This document shows positions 44,669 to 59,894 of a DNA stretch of 64,000 nucleotides, one piece after another (the first letter of the stretch is position 1; the number at the start of each line of letters is the position of its first letter). This stretch comes from the human T2T-CHM13v2.0 reference genome, Homo sapiens. The DNA lies in assembly GCF_009914755.1 (NCBI RefSeq), contig NC_060929.1. One strand, 5' to 3'. The position numbers and the translations under genes are program-made. The notes beneath the pieces were generated by a model, which saw only the letters and a list, made by a program, of their open reading frames with translations, was not told the DNA's origin and did no database searches.

Positions 44669-45004
44669 TTTTTTTTTCCTTTTTTTGTTTTTGTTGTTGT
44701 TGTTGTTTTCGAGACTGAGTCTCGCTGTATCGCCCAGGCTGGAGTGCAGTGGCACAATCTAGGCTCACTGCAACCTGTGTCTCGCGGTTCAAGCGATCCT
44801 TGTGCCTCAGCCTCCTGAGTAGCTGGGCTTATAAGCGTGCACCACCATGTCTGGCTCATTTTTGTATTTTTAGTAAAGACTAAACACTGTCTTTACAACA
44901 CTGTGTTGGCCAGGCAGGTTTCGAACTCCTGACCTCAGATGAACTCCACCTGCCTTGGCCTCCCAAAGTGTTGGGATTACAGGAGTGAGCCACTGTGCTC
45001 GGCC
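44669..45004 (-). mobile_element. AluSx-like with an internal templated insertion
   Basis: Full antisense Alu; TSD aggtgac on both sides; non-consensus segment at 44881-44899. Confidence 0.93.
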
Positions 45005-45559
45005 AGGTGACATTTTTCTTTAACTTTGTGTGTATATTTACACTCAGAGAGGTTTCAAAAGGTAACTGTTCAAATTTACTTTCAATTTATTTATTCTTTA
45101 TATAGGTAAAACTTTCTTATTTAAGCTTATATGCCTGTTAAGTGGACTCATATTTCATTGCATGAGAAAACTGCAATTGCTTTTTCAAACTGTACGAATG
45201 CAGTTTCACAGTGGATGTCTAAGTGAAGTCTGCTTTTATTTGTAAATTGTGTAATAAAGATTTGTCTCAAAATTATCAACCATATTAAATATTTCTTAAT
45301 CTGTATGTAATATATTTATAGAAATATTCTTTTAAAAGCAATACCTTTTGGAAATATTCTTATCAGATAAATGGCATAATAGAAATTCACAATCTAGGAG
45401 GCAAAAAACAAAAACCCAAAACAAAAACAAAATCAATTCTCATTTTACTCTTCTACGGACTCAGTGCTACCAGCATCTTTCTTTGGAATTATGTGTAGGT
45501 TCTGAACCTAATTCTTCCCCTACTTTTTGTCTAGTTGGGATACTCTCTTACCAAGAAAC

Positions 45560-45690
45560 AGCACAACAGCATAGCATAGCAGAATCTTGACTTTACCCCT
45601 TCAATAACTTGGATAACTACTCTGAACCTGAGTTTACTGATCTATAATGTGGATATGATAATAGTTCTCTTACGGTGAAGATTTATCCTA
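45560..45690 (+). mobile_element. MIR remnant
   Basis: aacttggataactactctgaacctgagtttactgatctataatgtggatatgataatag. Confidence 0.55.
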
Positions 45691-46528
45691 GTTTATATTT
45701 TTGCTACACTTGAGTTACACTTCAACCAAAAGATGTGGTAACTGAATAATAATCATCATAATTTGTTATCTGTTATAATAATTTTAAGGATAAATATAAT
45801 CATTATTACTAATCATTGTGTTTCGGCATCCTTATCAGCCAAATGGGGAATACCTGTGTTCTCTTCAGAATTCCATAAGTGTACTAAAACTATTTGAGTA
45901 TTTTATTTTAAACTGTACCCTAGTAGAGGAATTAAGGTATTTTTAAGATTCTTACCTTTATGCAAAAGTACTAAAGCTTGACACTTAACTTTATTATTGG
46001 CAATTTATGGTAATAAATTATTGTCTTTAGATAAAAGAGTAATTACTGTGTAGCTACTAGTTTCCTAAAACTCTACCTTTCTCTTAGCTATAACAAAATT
46101 TTGAGCTTTCTTCAACAAAAGGTCAGTTATTCCATTTTAGCATTTACATGAACAGAAATTAGAGTTAAAATTATCATATATAATTCCTTTTCTTATTCTG
46201 AGCAGAGAGACTTAAAATTAGGCTTTAGCAAACAGATGGTAGTAAGCTTATACAGTATTTATGTTGCTTTCTTTTCTGCTAGGAGATGGAAGAGTGACTT
46301 ACCACTTACAAAAATTATTCTTGGGCTATATGTTGATTTATATGATCAAGTAAGAAACTTTAGGTAGAAGCCCAGTTTTTTTGCTCACTGTTTGTATATC
46401 TTGTAAATGCATTGTATTTAAATCCTTCTTACACTTTTTTATTCTCAGAAGAAATTGTGTATGCTTAAAACCAGGCTTCTCAATCTTGATATTTTCCCCA
46501 AATTAACCATGTTTTTCTTTCATTTTAG

Positions 46529-46720
<192 letters not shown>

Positions 46721-49700
46721 TAAAAATACGGAGCCCTCTTTATGTTGTTATAGCTTTAAGTTAATGATTGGTAAATTTCCAATATATGTGGATTAGCACA
46801 TATATATTTACCTTAACTGAATATGATTAAACGAAATTATTCATCACTATTGTATATTATAGGAATACATTAATACATTATGTCATTAGTATGTGGTGGC
46901 ACCAGCAAATTTATAAACAATAAGGATTAATTGGGCATTGAAGATCAAAACCCATTAATACTAATAAAAGATTTAGGTAGTAAATATTTATTAAGATTAA
47001 TTCAGCTCAAATTATAGGATTAATAATGAATGAAAAAGAGACATGAAATAAAATAAGCATAATTGATTTCTCATTTGGGCTCAGTGAGTGGCATCTATTT
47101 CAAATTACAGTGTTTTGGCTCCTAATAGACTTATTTCTCTGGATTTATTGAAAATTCATACTATACCATTTTTAAAGGATGAGCTAATTGTGGCTACTGG
47201 ATAAGACATTTGGAAGCCTTTTATTTTTATGGCTTTGCCTCTTTTTAAATGAGGAAGAAAAAAATAATTTTTTTTTAAATTATGAACTTTCTCAACTAAA
47301 TCCTAATCTAGGCTGGCCCAATGTGTAACCTTTATTATTCTATTAGTATAAGATATTTGAAGGAAATAAAATGCATGTTGTGAACACTTGTATCCTCACT
47401 TATAATATATATATGTGTGTGTGTATGCACACACATATATATACAGTGAGAAAGAAAATGATGTCTGAAAAATTATGTGGAATATATATATAATAATGAT
47501 AATAATTATTAGTACATCCAGTAGATTTTTTAAATCTTTTGCTTAAATAACTCTAAAGCATGGGAACAGTTTATCCAACATATTTAGGGTCTTTTTAGCG
47601 CAACCATTGTGATTGCTCTGTATAGACGTTAGTGAGTATATGTGAAAGTATATGAAAAATGGTGACGATTTTACCACTATCAACATATGTATGTGAAAAT
47701 GAGGCTGACTAAAAGATTATTTTTCTGTACATTCAATTATATTTATTAACTAATGCAAAACATGTAAAATTAAGTTCCTAACATCTAGTGTTATTTGGCT
47801 TTCATGTATTATATTAAGAAAGTGGTTATTTTGTTCTATCTTAGATCTACATTTTTATCTCCAATTATTTATATATGTTATATATAAATAATATTAAAAT
47901 GAGACCAAATCCAAACTGTGTATCAGGAAACCATGCAGAAAAAGTTAATTTTTCTCTTTAACTGCTGTTTATTCATAAAGATGATTTCAATGTGATAGTA
48001 TGAATCAGTATCAGATATCTGTACTACAAAGCATTTCTTGGACCTGTATCTGTAGCTTGGGTGTATTTTCTATTTAATATGTGAAATAAATCAAATTAAA
48101 GGAGATGTGCTATGGTCGTGATAAGCCATTATATTTAAAACTCAGAATACCCTCAGGATGATAGGAAATTTGATCCACAAATTGCCTACAAAAATGCAGA
48201 CTGGGTACTTGGTACTTGAACAAATTGCTTTAAAATGTCTGCCAGAGGTTGAAAGAGGTATTATCTCATCAGTATTCAACACCACTCCCATAGAATTGAA
48301 AGCAGCAGGGAACGAAGATGGGGAATTAGAGACAAATGCACCCTGTGCTGTAACAGTGTGTGTGAGGGGCACATATTATATGTGGCTCACAGATGCTTGA
48401 TTTGCTATTTCTGGACTATCCAGCAAGTGCTTTTGTCTTGTTGTGAAGAGATTTCCTGTTTGATCAAAAGCACAGCCATGTACCCTGTCACCTGCTTTAT
48501 TATGATCCAGCTATTTTTTTGATAGTACTGTGTCAGATGTCTTCTTCAGGGTCTATAGATGTGTGCCAGTGGGTGGCCCTATGTCCTGAGAGGAAAGAGA
48601 GTCCACTCCAGAGAATTCTAGTCTCTTTATTGTATTCCAGATCTTAGATTAGTAGCTTTAAATATTTCCCAAATTTGATTTTCTTTCCTTTCAGAGGACA
48701 GAGGCCACTTTAAGGAGCTGTAAATACATCTTGATCATGGCCAAGCAGCAGTTTCTTAGTGTTCCCTCACTAGAGCCTTTGCATGCTGGAAAGGATTTAC
48801 AGCTTTAGCTTCCATAAGGCAGTAGTTCTGATTAAGTGTCTTTAGGGAGATTAGAAATAGGACATGAGCATATGGAGTTAGGTAACTGGGGACATAGAAA
48901 GTAGAGAATCATTAGAGTTGGGGCCATGATGTTAAGCCTGGCAATAGTTAATTTTGGGGGAAGCCTCCGATTATTTTTGGGTCAGTGTCCATTCATGATC
49001 CAAACATTTCTTCTATACTACATATGAAGGGATGGGAGGGTGGTGTTAAAATAGTGGGGAAGGACACAATGTAAGGGATGGGAATTCCCATAGAAGCGAT
49101 GGTAGATGGGTCTGAGATACATTTACTACCCCATAGGATATTATATGAGAATAAAATAGTTGTGTACACATGTGTTTATTAGCATGGAAAATGTTGATCA
49201 TATATTAAGGTGAGATGTGCATCACCACAAATATAAACAATATCCCATTGTTTGCAAAAAAATATATTTATATAGAGAGTATCTGGAAGAAGAAAATTAA
49301 ATGTTAATAGTGTATATCTGGAATTGTAGACTACATTTTCCTTTAATTTTGGGGAGTATTTTTTGTATATGTTTTAGTATTTAAATATGTATCACCATTA
49401 TAATCAAACAATTATAAAGCTATTTTCATTTGGGATGATGGTGGAGAATAAACACTTGAGTGAGGAATGAGAAATTACAGCATAAGTAAAAAGTGTGAGC
49501 TTTAATGCATAGAATTTTAACATATATATTTGCTGTTATTTTTAATTACCACTTAATAATTGTGTTCTTGGCTCCATTTTGAACAAGTGGCATCAGTGGA
49601 TTAATTTTGTATAGTGTAGATAAAGGAGGAAACATTTAAGATGTGTACGTGAATCCTTAGGTTACTGGCTATATTTATTTCATGGGTTTTCTACTTAATT

Positions 49701-49844
49701 ACAAATAAAAACTCTCAAGTTCCATGTTACTGAATAGGTGTTTTGTTTGCACTCAGACCTCTACTTAGAAATTACCTGCCTTTATTCTGAGTTATAGTTA
49801 TTAAACCCATAATTGGAGGCAGTTTTCAGGGAATTGGGTTGACA

Positions 49845-50260
49845 CTCACAGAATCATCAAAATAAAAGACCTTGAAAGCTCTTCTACTTCATCTCTCTGC
49901 CTTCAAGATACAATCACATTATATCCAGATGAATTCAGTCCGATTTTTAAAGACCTCAAGAGATATCTTCATCTCCTCTTGATAGCCCGTTACAGTGTTT
50001 AAGAACTGTCGCAGTCAGAAAATTCTTTCTTCCATCTATGGGTAATCTGAATCCTTCACGGTATAGTTGAAGGCCATTTCCTCTTGTTCTCTTGTCAGAA
50101 AGGATGAGGAACAGCTGTTCACCATCTTTTTCCGTACTTAAAGCCTTATTAAATCTCTTTACCACTGCTTGCTTTTCCAGTTCTTTTTAGCTTTCTTTGT
50201 CTTCCCAACTCTATTCAGACTTTCTTTTGACATACAACCCTGACCTGGGCCAGATATAAT
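49845..50260 (-). mobile_element. L3/CR1 LINE 3' end (ORF2 C-terminus)
   Basis: ORF 49956..50165 DGEQLFLILSDKRTRGNGLQLYREGFRL..RKNFLTATVLKHCNGL resembles the CR1 tail RTRGNGxKL..FRLD.RKxFFT.RV..WN.LP. Confidence 0.85.
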
Positions 50261-51099
50261 TTTGGCCAGAACTGATTATTAATTTAAGGATTACTGCACT
50301 GTGTCTAAATACCATATGTTCACATTTATATATCTATTATTTTATTTTGAGCTATCATTTAATCTGTTGTTTCATTTTTGGTGTTATTTCTGCATGAAAT
50401 TGTTGTGTTTTTCCTCCTAGTTTGTTATTGTTTTGACATGTTATTCTTAGATTGTTTTCCCACCCAGAGACATTTTATTTTGAATATTCAGTATTTTTTT
50501 GTATTTTTTTATCCTTTTAATTTTTTTAAAAAAATTACTATTTTTTTTGTCCAAGGTTTTAGATACCTCAGTGCTAGGTTGCTAATTAAATTTAGCATTA
50601 TTGTTCTGTTTTCCTAGTTATTGTAGAAAGGATGAAGTATCATTAGACCTTTCTTGTTTGATGTTATTTGTGATTTCGTCCCAATTTGAGATTTGCCTGG
50701 ATTTGATCCTTGGACTAGTGTGGTCTGATCTAGTTGTACATGGGCTTTTTGTTAGTGTCACCAGACTTAGCAGTGAATCCCATGTCTCTTCTCCACTAAA
50801 TGTTCTCACCTAACAGTTCCTGTCCAATTTCTTGAGGCATAAGCTTGACAGGAAGCACGTAATGGAATGCATAGTAACATCATAATGCTCTAGGAGAGGA
50901 TTGGCATTAAAAATTAGGTGGGAATGATACGACATACCTCTTAGTTACTGATTATTGGATAAAAGGATAGCATTCTCTGAGTCTTGAAAAATTAAAAGTT
51001 AAGAGTAAATTCATGTCATGCAACTGTTCACACTAATACTTTTTCTCCAGTCAGCTCCCGCTCCCCCACTTTTCTAGGAAGTGTTGTCCAGTTTGATGA

Positions 51100-51210
51100 T
51101 CAGAAGTTTGGTTGCAAAAAAATCCTAAAGCTTTGCTGAAACCAAGCAAGGTTAACTCACATGATACCATTCATTCTATTGACTGTGTTTTCCTGTCACA
51201 GAAATGTTTC
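51100..51210 (-). mobile_element. CR1 reverse-transcriptase fragment
   Basis: Minus strand reads HFCDRKT..LLGFSKA, compare CR1 SFYDKVT..YLDFSKAFD; same strand as, and upstream of, the 3' end. Confidence 0.5.
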
Positions 51211-51943
51211 CTTTGACAACATAGATCTGATACTGGTTACTTAAGATTAACAATATTCTTTAGGAATATTATATGATATTTCATTTTCATATTTATTTTC
51301 ACTTTGAATGTGTCATACCAAATGTTAATTTTAATAAAGGTTTGGGAATTAGCTTGTTAGTTGTTAAGTACACATCATCATTCAATCAAGAATTATTGAA
51401 GTGACTTATATGGAAATTAAATATGGACTTAAACCAGATAAATTACTAATTGGTTACCATTCCTAAAATTTAATATAAGAAATTGTAATATATTTGTTTA
51501 TATGTTTTCACATATTGGTTTTTACTTTGCATATGTTTGAAGTATGTTATTATATACTCAGGTATTTCAGTAATATGTATGTTTTAAAGTTTTTTGTTGT
51601 GTTTTTTTGAAAATATTATAGGAAGATAAGAATATCATGCTTACGTAACACTGAATCTGAAATATAAATGTAGTGACATGTCTTTGCTTAAAATAAACTA
51701 TCAATATTGCTAGCTCCTTTTCAATATTCAGTTTTTTTCTAACATCTTTCGTGTACTTCTTTCTCAGAGAACTTTGCTTAATGAAGGGAATACTGTTAGA
51801 TTGATATTATTTGCCACAGTTTTTTTAAAAGCTGAAGATGAAAAACATTACTTTTACAATGGTGAATAGCTATTAAATGAGGGAAAAAATACAATATTCG
51901 GAATCACTGTTTTTCTGTTTCCTTATAAGATGTCAATATTAGC

Positions 51944-52992
<1,049 letters not shown>

Positions 52993-53009
52993 GATGTCCA
53001 TATTAATTT

Positions 53010-53140
53010 ATTCACTTTATTCGTTTGTCTAATAAGAACCTACCAAACATCTGTCGAATGCTAAACACTATGCTGGGCACTGAGGATACAGTGGCCAATA
53101 AAACACACATGCTGTCTGCTTTCGTGGAGTTCACATCTTT
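53010..53140 (-). mobile_element. L2 3' end
   Basis: cactatgctgggcactgaggatacagtg..ctgctttcgtggagttcacatct. Confidence 0.75.
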
Positions 53141-54284
53141 GGCAAAGACTGTGCTGTAAGAATTTGCTGAAATTGGTCCCAGAGAATATATTGCCATATT
53201 TTCCTTTTTATCCTATGATACGTTCTAATTCTTTGCATCTCTAGATAGGTAGATTGTTGAAAGTTTAAGGGCATGTATATAAAAGCTATCTAATTTGGAC
53301 ATTTGTGTTTCTAATTTCACTGAAATATATATGTGTGTGTCTATATATGTACACACACATATATATTACTACTGGTATATATGTGTGTGTGTGTTTATGT
53401 ACAGTATAAAAATACTAGGATACCTGTAAAACAACAACAATGTAAATAAGCAGTATGAAACAACATTGAAAAGAATACATAAAATAATTTGTATTTGAAT
53501 CAATAAAATAGGAATGTATTCATCATGTATGTGTATGCATATATTAAGTATATACAACCTCAGCTATTTTGCTTTCTTTATATATCTCTTGGGAGCTTAA
53601 AATAAATACAATCCCTTGTTAGCTCATTTGAGCAGTATGGGATGAATTAAAAACAATAGAGAATTTTGTATGTTTTGTCTTACGTATCTAAATTTGAAGA
53701 TATGTAGTGTTTTACATTTGCTGTTTTATTAATCTCTCCTTGAATATGTCAAGTAGAATACTTTCATTGGGTATGTGTATTGCATTTCTATATGTATTTG
53801 TGTGTGTGTGTGTGTGGTGCTCGCTTATAAGAATATAACTGGATAAGTCGTGTTCTTGTTGTGGAGCAGTTTGTTGTCTAGTAGATAAATCAGACAAATT
53901 AGCTATGTTGCCTTATCACAAAATAAGATTGTAGTTGCTTTTATAGTAATATTAACATAGTACTGAGGAAACAGGCTACATTTACTCTTGTTTGAAATTT
54001 ATCCCATAAAAACATTCTTTTGTAAATAAACCATATGTATCAATAAATTATCTTTAGGCATTTTGATTTTCTAAAGGCTTATTTGTATCAGTTTTCAATT
54101 TTGATCCTTATCTCAGTAAATAAATTACATTAATAACCAATAATTTCTAATTGTGTATTTAACCATCTTTATAAAACTTCCAAGTCAGTGAAAGCATATG
54201 TGAAAATAATCTTTAATTGTATTTTCCTTGAAATCTTCTTGATTATTAGACTGAATTATGTTAATGCTAAGCAGAACTGCATGA

Positions 54285-54494
<210 letters not shown>

Positions 54495-55074
54495 TGACAG
54501 ATGAATACATTTAAGTGGAATTTCTTCCCAAAGTTAATGAACATTAGATGCCAACTTTTTGATCATATGAGATAATTTGGTAGTCTGGATGTGGATGTTC
54601 AGGCTGTTAGATAGGGGTACCATGGGCTAGAGAGTTCTCAGCATGGTCTCTCTATGTCTGCTCAACTGTGTCACCTACACTTAAATTAAAAAACTGACAT
54701 GAGGCTTATTAAAGTATTATTTAATTCTTAGACATTAGTAAGACATACTAATTTAAAAAAAAACTTTCATCTGCAGAACTACAAAAGTTGGATGCATATT
54801 TGTAATCTTGATGTCTAGGCAATGATTAACTTTAGAATCAAGTGGTTAATATTAAATTCCAGGGAGCACTTATTTTATCTGATTAGAGTGTGATTATCAG
54901 TTTTATTCTTCTTTCACATATTCTCTGAAAGTACATATGTACTTGATTTTTATGGAAGAATCCTAAGTGACAAATGGCTGATATGGCTTTCGACGATTAT
55001 AACTTTTTTACGCATTAGCAAATACAAGTTAGGGTCTGTTGCTTTGAATCTTAGTAGAAGTACAGAATTACCAG

Positions 55075-55260
55075 TGACGTAGTATAAAAAAATTTGATAT
55101 CAGCTAGTCCTAGCACAGGTACTGGTCTTGCAGTCATACCTATTAGTTTATAGCTTTGGACAAGTCACTTTATCTTCATAATAAAGGTAAAGATACCCAT
55201 CTTAGGGTTTTGCAGAGATCAAATGAAATGCGAACTGTTCTGAGATTAGTAAAATGTTAA
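55075..55260 (+). mobile_element. MIR remnant
   Basis: ctttggacaagtcactt..agggttttgcagagatcaaatgaaatg. Confidence 0.6.
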
Positions 55261-55529
55261 ATACTCTGTGACTCACAGAGATAATTTGTTAGAAAAAGTA
55301 TTTTGATGGAAGAATAGTACCTGATAAGAAACTGATTTAATATTAATTATAATAAGTACTAAATTCAGATTAAAATTAGGTAAAAGAGAAACTTGTTCTT
55401 AAGAGAGTTAATATATAGGTTTTAAGATGCTTTCATCTAAATCATATATATTTTCAATATGTTTGTCTAATTAGAATCTTTTTCTAGGAATATTTTCTAT
55501 AATTGCTTACTGATAAATCTGCTGCCTAG

Positions 55530-55772
<243 letters not shown>

Positions 55773-56369
55773 TGAAAGACCTTATTCTATGAAAATTCTT
55801 TAGCATTTTTATTTTAAAAACTCAAATTTTTAATGTTAAAACTTAATATTATTTGTAAAATGCAGCAACTCATTAGCACAGCAGTGTGAGCAAGCATTCA
55901 TACACATATACTCCAAGGTATACTATTCCTGGTTAAATATAACCAGGAAAAGCATAAGCAATGAGGAAGAAACACCTTTATGCTAAATATCATCAGCTTA
56001 AAGCTGGTTGCCTTTAACATTTGAGATCTTATTTAGCTAAAGCCATGAATAGGCCACTGGAGCAGAGTAATCAAGAATGCTCTAAATTATACTGAAGTTG
56101 AGGCCTTCTTTCACTCTTCAGAAAAAAGATTGCAACAAGTGAGATGTAATAGAGGAAAAGAGAAGGGGAAAAATGGCAGTTTAGTACAAAGTACCTATGA
56201 CTTACTCAGTCCTTTGGATCAAGTTCCCAGCAAGTGTTTAAACCCATGAGTTATTTTTTAAAATGTTTTATAGATTTCCTAGTGACGGTGGAAACAGGAG
56301 CCTCTGAACTCATTTTATACTTAGATGGTTTTGACCTAAAACCAATACTATTAAAATAAATGCTAGATT

Positions 56370-57680
56370 TATTTATTTAGAAAATATTTTTGAGTTCCTA
56401 TTATGTACTAGAAACTTTGCTATGCATTAGACAGCAAAACACAAAAATCTGTGCCATTGTGGAGTTTAAATTGTAGTCAGGGAAACATATAAGATGAATA
56501 AATATAAAATATGTTAGGTTGATAAGTGCTAAAGAGAAAAATAAACCAGAGAAGGCGTTAGAAAGGTCAGGGTGAGAATAAGGATGAGGGTTATGATTTT
56601 AGCCAGACTATCAGAAAAGGCCTCAGTGAGAAGGTGAAGGTGACATGCTGTCTTGGGGAAGACCATGCCAAACAGAAAACAAAAACAAAAACAAAAACAA
56701 AAAAACACTAAGTACAAAGTTCCTGACGCGTTTAAGCAATACTATAGAGTGTAATCTGGATAAAGTAGAAAGATGAAGACTGGGAGAATTAGGAAATGAG
56801 ATGAGAGAGATGATGGGACCTCATCACGTGTAGGGCGATATAGGCTACCATTAGAACTTCTCCTGTTACTTTGAATTAACTTGGAAACTACTGAAGGATT
56901 TTAAACAGTCAGGTGACATAATCTGACTCAAATTTCAAGAGGATTAGTCTGTGTATTGTGTTAAGAATAGACTATAGGATGACAAATGCAGAAGAAGATA
57001 TAACAGATGGGAAGCTAGTACAACAATTCGGTGAAGGATGAGGCTGGCTTAGACCAGAGTGATGGAGAGGCGATGAGCAAGGAGCAGATTCTAGGTGTGC
57101 TTAGAGGCAGCAGGATTTGCTGATGAAGGGGTTATGACTGAGCAAATAAGACTGAGAAGGAGCAGCCAGGAGGTAAGAGGCAAAAATATAAATGTGGTAT
57201 CCTGCTGATTGATGGATTTAGCAATACAAACGTTATTAAGGATCTTAATAGAACATATTCACTGGATTGGTGAAGGAAGGGGATAGGAGAGAATAGGAGT
57301 TTCAAAGGGAATGGGAGGAGAGAACTGGAGATGAGACAGGCAATACTTTCAACAAATTTCACTGTAAAAAATGGGAAAGACATGGGGCGGCAGCTGGAGG
57401 AGGAAGTAGGATAAAGAAAAGTATTTTTGTTTGTTGTTTTTAAATAAAAGAAAGAATATGTTTGTATACTGATGAGAGTAACTAAAGAGAGCAGGTAAAA
57501 CCATCAAGGCAGTAGACAGAGGAAAAACTACTGGAAATCTGTCTCTAAAAATATAAGTGGATGGGATCCAAGGGACAAGTAGTAGATTAGTTTAGCCAGG
57601 AGCATAGTCACTCCCCATAATGACAGGAGAAAAGGTAGAATAAACAGATGAAGGCACAGGAAAGTATCTAACTGCAGTCA
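56370..57680 (-). mobile_element. L2a remnant
   Basis: tatttttgagttcctattatgtactag, tcagaaaaggcctcagtgagaaggtga, gtgacataatctgact, gatggatttagcaa. Confidence 0.8.
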
Positions 57681-57732
57681 CAGAAACTTATTAACATTGA
57701 TTAAACTGGTTGATTCATCTGATTCTAATCAG

Positions 57733-57886
57733 ATTTGAATTGGATTACACAATACACACACAATCATACTTTTGCACTTGGGAATGAAATTTCTTTTCAC
57801 TTGGCAGTTATGCTTGTTTTACCCTAGTGTCCCATTTAAAATGAAATTATTATTTAATAATCAAATAGAGAAAAACTTACAAAGAT
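57733..57886 (+). repeat. Copy 1 of a 154-bp diverged direct repeat
   Basis: Aligns by hand to 58989-59142 with about 18 differences. Confidence 0.92.
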
Positions 57887-58988
57887 AATTTGTACTCTTT
57901 CCAGTTTAAACTTTCAGAATTTTTATTAAATACAATGACCTTTGGTCTTGTTTCTTAGTCAGAGTATCTTACCAATATTTGAAGTAGGTGAAAATTATTG
58001 ATGAGAAAATACGTGGTTAAATATGGCTATATGAGAAAGAGGACTTTTATGTGTTCAGTCTATTTTAAGTAAAACTTTAAGCTACAATTGTACTATTTTC
58101 AATCGGCAAAATTCTCCTTTCTCTTCAGAAATGTTTAGTTTATTTCATGTTCTTTCTCTATTTTACGTGTCTTTATTTCTTTAGCCCACATCTAGTTCAT
58201 TACACATATGATCTATAGGTCTCTGTTTTTATTTTTTATTTTTGCATTTAACTTGCTTTTAGTAAGTTTTCGATGTCAAGAATTAATAGCATAATAGAAC
58301 TTTACCCTTTTTCTTCTGCTGCAAAAAGAAATGTTTAGGAAACAGATGCTGACTGAAATAGAAAAATAAATCTCATCTCAAATGCTTGACACTGAATCAA
58401 GAACTAGATTTCATAGATCTGAGAAAGAAAATTGTAGATGTTAAACAACAAAATGGGCCACCCTATAATTTACCAGTTTCCACAATTAATTCTTCTACAG
58501 AGACAAAATATGTTTTTAGTCCATGAGAGATAATTCTGTTGAACACAGCTTTCTCTTTTTGGTACTCTATGTAGTATTACTATGTTTTTTGAGGCAGAGC
58601 AGTGAGAATTTCTTCCTGATCTTATTCTGCCATCTTGATAATAAATTACTTGCTCTTTGAATACAAATAAATTTGTGAATTTATTTTAGATATTGCAATT
58701 TCCTGTGTGCTTTTCCTACAATAAAAACAAGAAAAAGAGAATCTGATGGGGATTAATACATTTATTCAGACTTTCAGAAAGCTGTCTTTAAGTGGCTGAA
58801 TATATAATTTGGTAGTTATTTTGTTATAGTAAATGGATTTTTATCATTAATTATTAAAATGCCCAAATTTCATCTGGAGTTGTTCACATTATTACCCAAT
58901 TTCTTGATGATAAAATAGAGGTTTAGTGAGATCAGGATCATTTAGTAATACGAAGATGAATATGTTAATCTGAATCTGAGTATGGTAA

Positions 58989-59142
58989 ATTTGAATTGGA
59001 TTACACAATAGGCATACAATCATACTTTTGTAAATGGGAATGAAATTTCTTTTCATTTGGTAGTTATGCTTGTTTTTACCTTACTGTCCCATTTAAATGA
59101 AATTATTCTTTAATAATCAAATGTAGAAATATTCACAAAGAT
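58989..59142 (+). repeat. Copy 2 of the 154-bp diverged direct repeat
   Basis: Shares atttgaattggattacacaata..tgggaatgaaatttcttttca..tgtcccatttaaa..tttaataatcaaat..acaaagat with copy 1. Confidence 0.92.
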
Positions 59143-59840
59143 GGTATGGTAATTCATTCACAAATATGAAATGGCAAATTCATATTTACCGTATTCACTC
59201 TAGGGAAAAGTCTGGTTACTTTTATGCATATATCCAGAAGTAGAGTAGGGGTATTACAATTTGAAGGAAATTGTTAAGTTACATTTTTATGAATACGCAA
59301 TCAATTTATGGCTTTTTTTCCTCTAAATTTTCATATTTTCCCACTGCCATTAGGATTACTGAGGAAATAACTAATGATAATGTAGATCAGTCTAATAAAC
59401 CACATCATGCTCATATGTACTGTATGATGTAGCATGAAAAACCTCAAAAAATACTCATTTTCTTGGCTAAAAGGAAATCCCCAAAGTATTCTGAAACTTG
59501 AATATCACAGTCAATATCACCGCATACTACATTTTATATTTTTCCATAGCAAGATTTACTTTTACTATGTCTTGGATTTTAGAATTTCCAGATAGATAGT
59601 GATTGTATTACTGACTTTATTTCTTAAGCTATGGCTGCATACTAAGGCCCTGGATTTTATAGGTATTTCACTTTGTTTTATATTAAGATTATGATAAATA
59701 TAATAGTTGCTGTAGTCTCTATTTGTAGCTCAAGCTTTGGACTAGAAAAGTAGGGATCACTTTCACCCCTATCTAGTTGGTATTAAGTACTTGTGGCCTT
59801 AAAGATTTCCTGCTTAGTCTGGACTCCTCCTGCCTCCAAA

Positions 59841-59844
<4 letters not shown>

Positions 59845-59885
<41 letters not shown>
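59845..59885 (+). repeat. (GT)20 microsatellite
   Basis: Uninterrupted GT run. Confidence 0.97.

Positions 59886-59894
<9 letters not shown>

Noticed and set aside
48142-48400. Natural-looking 80-aa ORF in a slightly GC-richer tract
   Set aside because: No recognisable protein family; may be an ancient repeat or chance.
57733-59142. Direct repeats as the LTRs of a retroelement or as a CRISPR-like array
   Set aside because: No TG..CA termini, primer-binding site, polypurine tract or TSD; only two copies; eukaryotic intron context.
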